Shown in pieces: positions 1 to 10,032 of a DNA stretch of 64,000 bases (its first letter is position 1; each line of letters opens with the position of its first letter). This stretch comes from a virus: IMG/VR virus record IMGVR_UViG_3300022777_000128; one strand, written 5' to 3'. The notes beneath the pieces are model-generated. The model ran no database searches, was not told the origin of the DNA, and saw only the letters and a program-made list of their open reading frames with translations. Both the position numbers and the translations under genes were made by a program.

Positions 1-1590
1 CCTGGCAGCGCAGACAAGCCAGAGGACGTGTCCAGGGGTCGCTTGGAAGGCGCCTTGGAGAAGACCGATAGTAGCGCCGGTGGGCACGCTATCGTCGACG
101 ACGAGGAAGACTATATCGCCTGGGCGGAAAGTGGCCCGGGAATGGGAGTGGAGGTCGACCCGAGCGTGCTCTTCGAGGAGGGACGTGAGGTGCCGAGTTT
201 CGATAGCCCGGCCCTCTCGGATCGGTTGCGGCTCGTGGTGGCAGACAACGACGGGCAAATTTACTCTCACTTCGGGTCCGGCTTCGCCAAACGACTTCCC
301 GAGCCGGTGCCCTACATCATGAGTGAGGAAAACCGGATGCGCGCTATCGTGGGGCAGGGGCTCCAGGGAGGGTACGTCGACGAGATGGTTGTCGTCGCGG
401 ACCCGGTGGGGGAGGATGCCTTCGAACAGTGGCTCTTCGGCTACGCCCAGCGCCAGATGGCCCTCGGAAACGGCGGGTCTGTGGCCGAGGTGCGGTCTCG
501 ACTCAAGAGCGAGTACGGCGACTTTGAGCCGCCACGCACCCCGTCGGAGATTATGCCCTCGACGGTCGGGTTGGACCACAGCCCCATCGGTCTGGTCGTG
601 CCCAGTGGCGCACGCCTACGGGCGCCGGGCGACATGGCCCGTAACCTCCCGGCCTTTTCGCTGATGGACGCCTACGTTGCGCTTGCGCCGAGTGTCGGGG
701 CAAGCTCCTACCAGGACGTGCATTACATCTACGCCGATCACTGGCAGTTTGTGATGCAGACGCTCACGACGGGCAACACCGACACCGTTGCCGCCGGGAA
801 TGTCCAGATTGGCGTTCTGCCGGAAGGGGAGCGGCAAACCAGCCCGCCAGCCGTGTACTTCTCGACGCCCAGTGGAGTGCAGGCGTTCGTCAAGATTGCC
901 GGGAGCGGAGACCCCTCTATCGACACGTTCGACGCCGAGTCGGCGGTCGACACGCTTTCGGAGTCGTCCTTCCCGCAGACCTTCGGTGCGCGAACGAATC
1001 CCGACACGGCGCAAAATGGCGCTTCCTCGGACCGGAGAGACATCTTCCCGGCGACGCCCATTGGGAGCGGGCGCGTGCGGACCAACCCCGGCCAGGACCC
1101 GACCGACGTGGCGAGCGTCGACACGGACCACGCCTTGAGCTATCTTGCCCGCACGGAGCCGGGCAGCTTCAAGGTCAATGCCGGGGAGAAGCAGGTCCGT
1201 GCCAATGAGGAAGAGGTCCACCACATCTTTACCGACCCGGAGGGCTCGCTACTTCTCATCGTGCCGGATAGCCGCGTCGAGGTCGTAGAGGTGCCGGAAG
1301 GCACCGCCTCCGACGCCGAGGAGATGCACGAGGAGTTTACGCACTACGACGCCGATTCCGAATCGATGGTGATGGACCTCCCGGACTCGGACCCGGACGA
1401 TGCTCCGGTCGTTGGCCATGCCGACGAGATTATTTACGAGTCCGACAAAGTGATGCGACCCGGCGACGAGAAAGGGGAAATTCACACCTACGTCCATGAG
1501 TTCGACGAGGGACAGCGACCGGTTCGCCAGTGGGACGATGTGGCAGTTGTCGACGACGTGGCCGTAGACGGACGTGGGATCCTCAACTAA
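1..1590 (+). CDS. Acidic hypothetical protein, 5' end probably outside the window
   Basis: Frame is open from base 1 (track start GTG 28). D/E-rich with GC3-biased codons. No family recognised. Confidence 0.7.
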   Translation, partial: PGSADKPEDVSRGRLEGALEKTDSSAGGHAIVDDEEDYIAWAESGPGMGVEVDPSVLFEEGREVPSFDSPALSDRLRLVVADNDGQIYSHFGSGFAKRLPEPVPYIMSEENRMRAIVGQGLQGGYVDEMVVVADPVGEDAFEQWLFGYAQRQMALGNGGSVAEVRSRLKSEYGDFEPPRTPSEIMPSTVGLDHSPIGLVVPSGARLRAPGDMARNLPAFSLMDAYVALAPSVGASSYQDVHYIYADHWQFVMQTLTTGNTDTVAAGNVQIGVLPEGERQTSPPAVYFSTPSGVQAFVKIAGSGDPSIDTFDAESAVDTLSESSFPQTFGARTNPDTAQNGASSDRRDIFPATPIGSGRVRTNPGQDPTDVASVDTDHALSYLARTEPGSFKVNAGEKQVRANEEEVHHIFTDPEGSLLLIVPDSRVEVVEVPEGTASDAEEMHEEFTHYDADSESMVMDLPDSDPDDAPVVGHADEIIYESDKVMRPGDEKGEIHTYVHEFDEGQRPVRQWDDVAVVDDVAVDGRGILN

Positions 1591-1614
1591 CCCTCCTAAA
1601 TTACAGGTCTCTCA

Positions 1615-1908
1615 ATGGCGACACGAACGGTCGAAGTTCCGGTCGAAGTTCTTAACGAGGCCCGCGCAGCGGCAGGAAAAGAGCCGCTCGACGCGACGGG
1701 TACGGTCACCCTGGAGGTCCAGCAAACCCAACCCACGAACCCGGCGGCCCCAGGCGCCCCGAGCCCGTCGATCTCGTCGAGCTTTCCGAAGGCTCGCACC
1801 CTTGCGTCGACGGTTCTTACATACTCTGCCGTTGGGGCAGGCGTAGCACTCGGCTCGGTGCTCGTGTCCTACTTTAGCGGAACTACTTCGGCCAGCCCAG
1901 TGTCGTGA
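1615..1908 (+). CDS. Small protein with C-terminal transmembrane anchor
   Basis: Hydrophobic segment VLTYSAVGAGVALGSVLVSYF near the C-terminus. Confidence 0.7.
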   Translation: MATRTVEVPVEVLNEARAAAGKEPLDATGTVTLEVQQTQPTNPAAPGAPSPSISSSFPKARTLASTVLTYSAVGAGVALGSVLVSYFSGTTSASPVS

Positions 1909-2013
1909 TACACCACGCGACCTTTCCCCGAGGAACGCTTTTCGAGAGCGGGTGGCCACGTCCCGGCGGCCCGCCGACTCGGGGACGCTACGAGCCAAAG
2001 GTGTGCCCGGACT

Positions 2014-2646
2014 GTGTTCTTTGATTCCTACGAGGAGGCGCTACAATACCTCAAGGACCACTACGGCGGTTTCCATGAGGTTGCCAACGCTACCGAGGTT
2101 GACGTTGGGGGGCGGTGGCTTCATCAAACCCTTATGTCCTCCGGTAAAAACCCCTCGGAGAAAGTCCGGCGTGCGATCATGGACCACGCCGAAGAGGTCC
2201 GTGAGGAAAGTATTGCGGAGTCCCGTGGCGCTGACATGCAGATGGTCGAGAAGATTAAGGACCTTCACGATGAGTACGGAAGCTGGGACCGCGTAGGGCG
2301 ACGAATTGGCGCCGAACCGAATGCACTTCGGCTTGCCGTGACCGAGGGGGCTCGCGTTCCGGCTCAAGTGCGGCAAAAAGTAAACGACGCGACGCGGCGA
2401 AGCGAACTGGAAGAGCTAATCGGATTCATCTGCGTCGGGATCGGCCTCCAGATCATCGACGCCTTGGAGCATACCGACCTCTCTCATGACCAGCAGAAAA
2501 TTGTTGACAAAGGGGCCGAACAACTACAAGACTATAACCGCCTCCTCCAGACCGGCAACATGCAGGAGCTTCGGGACGCGATCCGAGACAGCATCGGCAC
2601 TTTAGGTGAACCAAGCACAAATGGGTATGACTCCACGAACGAGTAG
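2014..2646 (+). CDS. Protein with two HTH-like repeats (possible regulator)
   Basis: LKDHYGGFHEVAN and LHDEYGSWDRVGR repeats. Paralogous to 37050-37361. Confidence 0.55.
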   Translation: MFFDSYEEALQYLKDHYGGFHEVANATEVDVGGRWLHQTLMSSGKNPSEKVRRAIMDHAEEVREESIAESRGADMQMVEKIKDLHDEYGSWDRVGRRIGAEPNALRLAVTEGARVPAQVRQKVNDATRRSELEELIGFICVGIGLQIIDALEHTDLSHDQQKIVDKGAEQLQDYNRLLQTGNMQELRDAIRDSIGTLGEPSTNGYDSTNE

Positions 2647-3109
2647 ACGTAGACCACGAACCGGCCACTCACTCTCGACACGCCCCGCCGCCGGTCGGCG
2701 AATGGGCCTCGGTGTACCGCAGGACCCCAATATCGCCACGTTCGCCCGGGAAGGGGACCACACGCTTACTGCCGCTCGGTCTCTCGCCTCTCAAATCGAA
2801 AATATGAATCTGCCGGAGGTTGTGGCGGCCTCGCCACTGAAAGCAGTGAAGCCCGACGGGTCCCAGGGGTGGATGGTTCGGGTTGTCTACACCTCCGACG
2901 CAGTGCCAGTACCGATTACAGAACTGGCGAATACACGCCGCGTTGATTGGGAAGAGAAAACCACGTCGAACAACGATGCAGGACGAGCATTCGTTCGTCT
3001 TGGGATTGTATCCGCTCTTATGTGGACAGGCATCGCCATAGCGGGAGGCACTGCAATCTGGTGGGCGGTGTCCGCGGCAACTGACGACTCTTCAACAACT
3101 TCCGAATAG
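2606..3109 (+). CDS. Membrane-anchored putative virion protein
   Basis: C-terminal hydrophobic stretch LGIVSALMWTGIAIAGGTAIWWAV and an RRMGLG motif near the N-terminus. Start uncertain. Confidence 0.65.
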   Translation: MNQAQMGMTPRTSRRRPRTGHSLSTRPAAGRRMGLGVPQDPNIATFAREGDHTLTAARSLASQIENMNLPEVVAASPLKAVKPDGSQGWMVRVVYTSDAVPVPITELANTRRVDWEEKTTSNNDAGRAFVRLGIVSALMWTGIAIAGGTAIWWAVSAATDDSSTTSE

Positions 3110-3123
3110 CACTGCCTCGGCCC

Positions 3124-3726
3124 ATGCCCTCGCATCCGGAGAAGCAAGACAGCGGATCCTCGAAAAATATCGAGCGGCTCTTTCTCGGCTTACCCAAGAA
3201 CGCGCAACTTCCCCAGGTTGTAGGGGCCAAGCAGCAGTGGGCCAAAGAAATGGTCCAGAAGGTCCGTCGCGCCTCGGGAGACGAAACCGTAGGTGTTGCC
3301 ATCGCTCGCATCGGTGCCCCGGTGCTCGATATGCGGGATGATGTGGTTATGCACGGTGCGGATCCCCTCGGGGACGGGTCGTCGACAGGAGGTGGCAGTG
3401 GCGCCACGTCCACAGTTCCCTATCCGGGCGTAAACTATGCCGACACCGAGCCCGTGATCGTCGTCACGCTCGACACCTCGAAGCTCAGTGACGTGCCCGC
3501 ATGGGTTCGCAATCTCAATGTGCGAGTGGTCGACCGTCCCGGCGCGCAGGTGATCCCCTCCTCCTACGGCCTGACCGACACCCCGCCGGACGCCCCCCAG
3601 ATTGAAGGAAACGGCGGGCAGAATGGGCAGTCCACGTTCGAAGCGTCGATGGGTTCGGCAGCGACCTTTGCGCTTGTCGCCGGTGGCTTTGGCGCGGCGT
3701 ACTGGTGGTTCGGGCCGGAGTCTTGA
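3124..3726 (+). CDS. Membrane-anchored putative virion protein
   Basis: Gly-rich linkers and C-terminal TM AATFALVAGGFGAAYWWF. Confidence 0.7.
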   Translation: MPSHPEKQDSGSSKNIERLFLGLPKNAQLPQVVGAKQQWAKEMVQKVRRASGDETVGVAIARIGAPVLDMRDDVVMHGADPLGDGSSTGGGSGATSTVPYPGVNYADTEPVIVVTLDTSKLSDVPAWVRNLNVRVVDRPGAQVIPSSYGLTDTPPDAPQIEGNGGQNGQSTFEASMGSAATFALVAGGFGAAYWWFGPES

Positions 3727-3741
3727 TCCTCGTCATAGCGC

Positions 3742-4131
3742 TTGACTGCAAATTACCCCATCCGAAAGCCCGTGAACCTCTACGACACGATCAAGTGGAT
3801 GCTGGGGAAGATCCCGCCGAAGCTATGGCCTTGGAATAAGGACGCTTCGGCGAAGCACCTTGTCTGGACGTGTCACGTTTTGATCGTTGCGTTTGCCGTT
3901 GGGTTTGCGGGGTGGCTTCTCTACGCAATCACGATTGAGCCCAGCACGGCAAACGCACCAACCCCGGGAGAGCCGACCCCGCAGTCTGCACCAGGAGGCC
4001 CGACAAGCGCCGCCGAGCCTCCGCCGCTTCCGATGTGGGTTCGGGTCCTCAAGTCGCTCTCTCCGCTTCTCGCTCCGCTTGTAAGCTACGGAGTTTGGCG
4101 CTATCTTCCGGAACCGAACGGGGAGGAGTAG
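3742..4131 (+). CDS. Two-TM membrane protein with Pro-rich loop
   Basis: Two hydrophobic segments flanking PTPGEPTP/PPPLP. Confidence 0.6.
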   Translation: MTANYPIRKPVNLYDTIKWMLGKIPPKLWPWNKDASAKHLVWTCHVLIVAFAVGFAGWLLYAITIEPSTANAPTPGEPTPQSAPGGPTSAAEPPPLPMWVRVLKSLSPLLAPLVSYGVWRYLPEPNGEE

Positions 4132-4280
4132 CTTTCCCCCGTTGTGAGCAGGTGGCGTTCGTCGCATGGGGCACCTCGGGCCGATCTGGCCCACATCTCG
4201 CCCCCGCCACTCTGCGCGAGACCTCCTCGGCCCCTGGCTCAGGCAGAGGGGGTTTGCTGGTGCCCTCTCCACCAGCGCCC

Positions 4281-4320
4281 GGCCCCGCGCCGTCTGGTCC
4301 ACGGCAGGGGCCTTTTTTTT
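4281..4320 (+). terminator. Intrinsic terminator
   Basis: GGCCCC/GGGGCC stem with inner GCCGT/ACGGC, followed by T8. Confidence 0.7.
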
Positions 4321-4655
4321 GCCCCCAACCGTGTAGAGGTATTTTGGGGATCGTCGATTTTGCCCCCGTTTGCAGGCGATAGAGCTTGTCTTCATGAAGT
4401 CGCGTATTACGCGATCTGCGGGAGGAATCAACACGCGCCGGCTGGTCAATACACCTCCCCAGATTTTGCGCCCAGAGAGACTCGCCCGTCCTTCCGAAAC
4501 AGCGGCCTACCGCGATGCGCGTTCTTGGCCGAAACCCGGCACCGGAGCAGCTTCGACGTGTCGAGGTTGAGCCGGAAGCGCTCGACGGGGCCGAAATCCA
4601 ACCACCGGACGGCGGGCAAGGCCCGACTCGGCAGAACCCAGAAGAGCAGGAAGGA

Positions 4656-5414
4656 ATGTCCGGCGGCTCTCTCAAGCGGCGCATACTCGGATCCGAACAA
4701 GCGACACCGAACCCTGGATCCGAACACGGGTCCTCCCAGAACGGCATGAGCGATTCTTCTCAAAAACGCAGGTCGAATCCGACCTCCCTTTCGGAGGTGG
4801 CGGACGAGACCACAGGTACACAGATGTCTGACACCCCCCGCGAAAACCCCGACGCCGTAACCGACGTGGATGCCCAGATCCAGAATGCCGCGCAGGTTTT
4901 CCTGCCTGCGCTGGCGGTGGAGACCGGCTCCCGCGCCTCAACCCTAATCACTGGTGGCGTCGCGACCTCCAATATGGTCGGATCCGGCACCTTCCAGAAA
5001 GTCGTGGAGGTCGGCCTTCCGGTCATTCTCGGAATCGCGACGTTCATGATCGGTGAGCGTATGGACAACGTGTACGTCAAACAGTCCGCCGTCGGTATGG
5101 CGATCCCCGCCGCCGACGCGCTGCTCAACCCGATCCTCAACCCCGTCGAGTCCGCCTTGACTGGCCAGCCCGCCGGTGGTGGCGGAGGTGGCAACGGTGG
5201 AGGCAACGGCCAGCAGGGCATGGCCCGCGCTGGCATGGGCTACGGGGAGTTCCTCACCGAACAGCGAGGTGGCATGGGCGCAAGCCCCGGCGTCCCCGCC
5301 AACCGACAGCTTTCCGGTGGCGCCGAGGACGGCATGGGCATCGACAAGTCCACCGATCTCGTCAAGGAGTCCGAAGAGGGCTCCCGCTTCGCGAAGGTCG
5401 CGATGGACGAGTAA
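4656..5414 (+). CDS. Gly-rich membrane protein, putative virion component
   Basis: Hydrophobic helices and a GGGGGGNGGGNG linker, strong codon bias. ATG at 4656 or 4746. Confidence 0.7.
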   Translation: MSGGSLKRRILGSEQATPNPGSEHGSSQNGMSDSSQKRRSNPTSLSEVADETTGTQMSDTPRENPDAVTDVDAQIQNAAQVFLPALAVETGSRASTLITGGVATSNMVGSGTFQKVVEVGLPVILGIATFMIGERMDNVYVKQSAVGMAIPAADALLNPILNPVESALTGQPAGGGGGGNGGGNGQQGMARAGMGYGEFLTEQRGGMGASPGVPANRQLSGGAEDGMGIDKSTDLVKESEEGSRFAKVAMDE

Positions 5415-5529
5415 CTCCGTAGGCGACCCTCCGGCCTGACTACTCGCCCCGGCCCCTCGCAGGCTCTCGCCACGGAGGTCCTGGGCATCGAACCGACCGC
5501 AAAATTCCCAAAGATCGACCTCCCCTGCT

Positions 5530-6114
5530 ATGCCTCTCGTAAAAGAGATCAGCGAAGAAGAGCTTGAGAGCATCGCCGAGCTTTACGACGTTCGCCAGTT
5601 TTACTCCGGGACGACGACCATCCGGTTCTTCGCTCCCAACCCGAGCGGGACCATCCTGGACAGTAACTACAACTCCAACCCGCTTCCGGGCCAGACCCCC
5701 TACGACCTCTTGTCGCTGGGGATCGAACTCGGACCGACCCCGCTGGTGGAGGAGACTGGGCAGAACATCGACCCACTCGCCATCGCGAACACGTTCCTGT
5801 CCGGGATCGTCGAGTTGCAGGTGGATGGTGGGAAGGAGCAGGCGTTCGTCCACCCGATTGCCGATTACGTCGACACCGAGAACCTGGACTGGGACGAGAC
5901 CTCAAACACCCTGTCCATCGGGTCGAAGCAGCTTTTCAAGATCATGGACCCCTTCCTGGTGCGGCGCAACCGCCAGTTCGATCTGACGCTCCGGTGGCAG
6001 GACACCTCGGCCCTTCCGTCGCAGTCCGATTGGAACGGGGCGAGCAACCAGCACGGCTCGGACCTCAAGATCACCGCGACGATGCAGGTCAACGACTACG
6101 GCGACAACTTCTAA
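5530..6114 (+). CDS. Putative single-jelly-roll capsid protein A
   Basis: 194 aa, beta-rich, highly biased codons. Shares YD.R.F, F.PNP, SNYN.NPLPG, E.TG.N.DP.AI and QFD motifs with the next gene. Confidence 0.55.
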   Translation: MPLVKEISEEELESIAELYDVRQFYSGTTTIRFFAPNPSGTILDSNYNSNPLPGQTPYDLLSLGIELGPTPLVEETGQNIDPLAIANTFLSGIVELQVDGGKEQAFVHPIADYVDTENLDWDETSNTLSIGSKQLFKIMDPFLVRRNRQFDLTLRWQDTSALPSQSDWNGASNQHGSDLKITATMQVNDYGDNF

Positions 6115-6256
6115 GCCGTAGCGGGGACCTCCCCGCACTGCTCTCAAGTCCTCGACGGGCGCCCGGCGGCCCGATAGCACCAGCTTCCGGCCACCGGCGC
6201 CCAAAGGGGCAGACAACTTCCTTGCTCGACATTCCAAAAGACGCTCGCATAGAATC

Positions 6257-6886
6257 ATGGCTCGCCTCAAAAAGTCTCCCGCGCTGGAAGGCGTAAACCT
6301 CGACGCGGAACTGGACCTCTACTACGACCGCCGCCCCTTCGAGGACGCCAACGCGGACGATGAGCTTACGCTCTTCCCGCCGAATCCGCAGAACTCCGAT
6401 CTGGTGAGCAACTACAACCAGAACCCCCTCCCCGGGACCGAGGAGTACCGGATTATCGCGGCCCGCGTGCGCCCGACGTTCGCGCTGCTTCGGGAGGACA
6501 CTGGAAACAACGTCGATCCCGAAGCCATCGGCTCGCAACTCAAGGACGCGGTGCTGACGATCCGCGACCGCGGTGGCCAGAACCGCGTGGTCCAGAACCG
6601 CCTCCCGTCGCACTTCGACGCGAACGACTTCGTGGTCAAGCGCTTCCGGGACAACCGCGGCACCGGCGACGAGTCGGACACCTCGTACCTCTTCTACGGA
6701 GGCTTCGAGATTGCCAGTCTCCCGGAGTGGTTCACGCTCTCGGCGACGCAGCAGTTCGACTTCACGGTCAAGTTCCCCGACTCCTCGGTCTTCCCGACGC
6801 AGAGCGAGATCGAGTCCTCGGGGCAGGGAATCCAGACCCACCCGTTCGGCCTCGAAGCGGTCTTCCAGTACGCGACGCTCAATTAA
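6257..6886 (+). CDS. Putative single-jelly-roll capsid protein B (paralog of A)
   Basis: 209 aa. SNYNQNPLPG vs SNYNSNPLPG and QQFDFTVKFPDSSVFPTQSE vs RQFDLTLRWQDTSALPSQSD. Confidence 0.55.
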   Translation: MARLKKSPALEGVNLDAELDLYYDRRPFEDANADDELTLFPPNPQNSDLVSNYNQNPLPGTEEYRIIAARVRPTFALLREDTGNNVDPEAIGSQLKDAVLTIRDRGGQNRVVQNRLPSHFDANDFVVKRFRDNRGTGDESDTSYLFYGGFEIASLPEWFTLSATQQFDFTVKFPDSSVFPTQSEIESSGQGIQTHPFGLEAVFQYATLN

Positions 6887-7106
6887 GGTGCCCTGTGAAG
6901 CGGGGCTTACTCGCGGGGCCTCTGGCCCGCCCTCACCATAGGAGTGGGGCCGACGCTGCGCCGTCTGGGAGCGGCGCAGACTGGGCATGTTCGCCCAAGG
7001 CCCCGCCGAAAGCGGGAAGGAGGTCTCGCAGCGAATCCGCTTCGCGCCTCCGGTCTGGTAGACCTTTCGTTCTGCCCGTCCGCACGTATTTGGCGCGCGA
7101 CCTGCA

Positions 7107-7145
7107 AGCAGCCTCCTACCGACCCGTGTAGGAGGCTGCTTTTTT
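7107..7145 (+). terminator. Strong intrinsic terminator after the capsid-like pair
   Basis: 13-bp perfect stem AGCAGCCTCCTAC/GTAGGAGGCTGCT followed by a T-run. Confidence 0.8.
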
Positions 7146-7248
7146 ACTGTGCCCTCCGAGCCGCGGTCTCCGCCAGAGCCGCTCCCGAACTCACGTTGGC
7201 CCCGCCCGTTCGGCCCACGACACTCTTTCAAGCCAGTCTCGACTGCCC

Positions 7249-8028
7249 ATGCCCCGAGTTTTCGACCAGTTTCCGCCGACCGAGGAGTTCTTCCAGCCGA
7301 GTCAGACGGTCACCGTCGCGTCCAACGACAGTGAGACGGTCCAGCTTACCGGTCGTGGTGACCGCCCGCTGGGCTTCGACCGGATTTTCGTTCACTCCGA
7401 TGGGGACCCGACCGACATTTTGCTTACGGCCCAGCCCTCCGCCGGTGGCTTCACGTTCTTCGAGAACGTGCAGGCGGGCGCGATCCAGGATCTCTTTCGG
7501 CACCGACAACTCCAGGCGCCCCTCGTGCTCGACGAGAGCCGGAACCTGGACGTGACCATTGAAAACCTCGACGGTGCAAACAACCGTGAGGTCACCATTG
7601 AGCTTTCTGCGCTCCCGCAGGCGGTCCTGGAGAAGCGGCTCTCGGCTGTTCGGGAAGAGTTTGGCGCGCGCCTCGTGCCGGTTTTCCTTTACGTGACCGG
7701 CACCGTCGGGGCAGGCGCCACCGACCGGCAGGATCTCCTGTCCTACCGCACCGAGACGGAGCTTCTTCGCTTCGTGGTTGAGGCGGACAACTCCGTCGTC
7801 AACGACCTCAAGTTCGACATCCGACTCCCGCGAGAAACTCCGATCCGGGACAAGCGGAAGGGCACCGTACTCGACCAGTTCATTAGCGGAGAGCTTCCGG
7901 TGCCTCTGGAAGTCAACACGCGCAAAGAGGCGAAGCTGGTGGCCGACAACACCGGTGGCACGCAGCAGGCCCAGTACACCTTCTTCGGGGAGTGCTATTC
8001 GCTGCCCGGTGGACCGCTCATCGGGTAA
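7249..8028 (+). CDS. Tandem beta-sandwich protein, double-jelly-roll-like
   Basis: Two alignable halves of about 110 aa (TVTVASNDSETVQL/TGTVGAGATDRQDL; QAPLVL/PVPLEV; IENLDG/ADNTGG) joined by a helix. 259 aa. Confidence 0.5.
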   Translation: MPRVFDQFPPTEEFFQPSQTVTVASNDSETVQLTGRGDRPLGFDRIFVHSDGDPTDILLTAQPSAGGFTFFENVQAGAIQDLFRHRQLQAPLVLDESRNLDVTIENLDGANNREVTIELSALPQAVLEKRLSAVREEFGARLVPVFLYVTGTVGAGATDRQDLLSYRTETELLRFVVEADNSVVNDLKFDIRLPRETPIRDKRKGTVLDQFISGELPVPLEVNTRKEAKLVADNTGGTQQAQYTFFGECYSLPGGPLIG

Positions 8029-8077
8029 CCGGAGGCCACGCGGGGGACCTCGACACGACTTGCACTGACCCGACACT

Positions 8078-8506
8078 GTGCCAATGGAAACTCGTTCACT
8101 CACGCGACGCCAGCGACGCCAGCGCCGTTCGGAGTGCCCCGACGATTCGGAGCTTGACTTCCTCCGCCGCATCGCGAAGGCACTGGAGGACGGCCCGTCG
8201 CCCATTCAAACCACACGGGTCTCGGTATTCGACCTCGACGACGACAACCCGGACACGATCCTTTCCCGGAACGACCGGCGGATCGGATTCATGGTCCACA
8301 ACGACTCGGAGGACTCCGAACTCCTCCTCCGCTTCGACGACAAATTCCCCACCAACGCGAAGTTTACCGACCGGCTCGCCCCGGGGGAGACGCGACGGTA
8401 CTTCACGGAGGGCGTCGGGCGATGGCACGGAGACGTGACGGCTCGCTGGCGAAAAGGCCCGACAAACAACAACGGCAAGGCCGTCTTCACGGAGTTCATC
8501 GCGTAG
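8078..8506 (+). CDS. Small beta-rich protein, possible penton/minor capsid protein
   Basis: Pattern NDRRIGFMVHNDS..LLLRF..LAPGE..GDVTARW..GKAVFTE resembles small viral jelly-roll proteins. Confidence 0.4.
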   Translation: MPMETRSLTRRQRRQRRSECPDDSELDFLRRIAKALEDGPSPIQTTRVSVFDLDDDNPDTILSRNDRRIGFMVHNDSEDSELLLRFDDKFPTNAKFTDRLAPGETRRYFTEGVGRWHGDVTARWRKGPTNNNGKAVFTEFIA

Positions 8507-8530
8507 CCCCTTCACGAACGGACCGACACG

Positions 8531-9202
8531 ATGCCCAGCTTGCAACAAATACAGCGGCAGGTCAACTTGGCGAAGGGTCGGAAGGTCGGGAGTGACCCGA
8601 TCCTACAGACCGTGAAGGCCCGCGCCTCGCAAAGCCTCATCCCGAATGCGTTTAGCTTCGGCGTGTCCATCTTGAGCGTCGAGGGCCGTATCGCGGACCC
8701 CGCGGCGTTTCGGAACGGATGGTTGGCGGCAAATGGCCCGGAGAAGTCGCCCTGGCAGATTCACCCTCAGTGGCACCAGTTCGCGCAGAACACGCCGGTC
8801 AGCGACTTCGCCGCCTATACGGACTACGCCTACGGACTTTTGGAGGACGCCTTCCTGGAGACCGGCACGCTTTTTGGCACCGCCCGCCGGTACAACTCGT
8901 TCAACGCCTGCGAGGCGGGTCGCGACCAAGCGTGCCGCAACGGGCGTGACTATGCCCGAGCGGTGATGTCCCGCCTCCCGAAGATCCAGGAAGCGCTCAA
9001 ACAGGCCGGGTTCCAGGTCGGCCCGGATGTGACCGGTCGGCCCGTCGCCGGTGGCGGCGGCGGTGGCGTAACTGGCGCAGGATTCGACGTTTTTCCTGCC
9101 CTGCTCGTCGCCGGGGCGCTCGGCGGCACTGTCCTGTTCGTCTCGATGCAGGGAGGCGACACCGCTCGCACTCGACAAAGTACACAGCCTCAAAACTCCT
9201 AA
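8531..9202 (+). CDS. Membrane-anchored putative virion protein
   Basis: GGGGGG linker followed by TM VFPALLVAGALGGTVLFV. Confidence 0.7.
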   Translation: MPSLQQIQRQVNLAKGRKVGSDPILQTVKARASQSLIPNAFSFGVSILSVEGRIADPAAFRNGWLAANGPEKSPWQIHPQWHQFAQNTPVSDFAAYTDYAYGLLEDAFLETGTLFGTARRYNSFNACEAGRDQACRNGRDYARAVMSRLPKIQEALKQAGFQVGPDVTGRPVAGGGGGGVTGAGFDVFPALLVAGALGGTVLFVSMQGGDTARTRQSTQPQNS

Positions 9203-9211
9203 CCTTCACCC

Positions 9212-9973
9212 ATGAGCGTTTTTGTCCCCCCCGACGACCGCGTTCGAGCGATCCATTTTCTCAAGAAGATCCAGCCCGCCGACGGGAAGGTGGTGCGTGT
9301 TGAAGAATACAAGTCGGACATCTATGGGGTTGGGCCGGAGTCCTTTATTTGGGATCCGGAGCTTTCCGCTCCACGTAGCGACCAGGACAACCGCATCGCA
9401 TCGACTGTGGATGGGTTTATGGCAGGTCAGGCCAATGAGGGCGCCTGGGATCTACTCGCTCCAATTAGCCCGATTGATGGGGGGTCCGTGATTGCCAATC
9501 CGGACGACAACCAGCCCCGCGGCCTATTCCCATCCGACTATGCGAGCACCGATGAATGCGTTGAGGCTGCGGTTAGCTACGTCGGGCGGTTCGGGAACGG
9601 CATTGTGCGACTCCCGATTAGCGTGACGCCGCTGGATTACGACGTAGTGTCGACGCCGCCCAATATCGATTTGGTGATTGCCCACCCCGACATCCTCGTC
9701 AAGTTCGACGATACGTTCAATTCGAAGTCCACGGAAGGTCCAGGGGCGTATATCGGGGACACTTCCAGTGGGGCCGCAAACCTGGAAATCCAGGAGGATC
9801 TCGAAGTTCACGGCACCGAGATTACCGTCAAGCGGAACGGGGCCAATGCCCTTACAGTCTCCACGGCGACCGATGCGACGGTCCGCGGAAGCAATTCGGA
9901 TGATATTCCGAACGATGGGGACGTGTGGCGCCTTGTGTACGACCAGCCCAATGACAACTGGGAGCAAATTTAG
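9212..9973 (+). CDS. Acidic hypothetical protein
   Basis: 253-aa ORF tiling the operon, beta-rich C-terminus. Confidence 0.65.
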   Translation: MSVFVPPDDRVRAIHFLKKIQPADGKVVRVEEYKSDIYGVGPESFIWDPELSAPRSDQDNRIASTVDGFMAGQANEGAWDLLAPISPIDGGSVIANPDDNQPRGLFPSDYASTDECVEAAVSYVGRFGNGIVRLPISVTPLDYDVVSTPPNIDLVIAHPDILVKFDDTFNSKSTEGPGAYIGDTSSGAANLEIQEDLEVHGTEITVKRNGANALTVSTATDATVRGSNSDDIPNDGDVWRLVYDQPNDNWEQI

Positions 9974-10032
9974 GAGATCGGGGTTCGGCTCTTTACGCTC
10001 CTCTCCCCCAATCCAATTACAACCACGACCCA

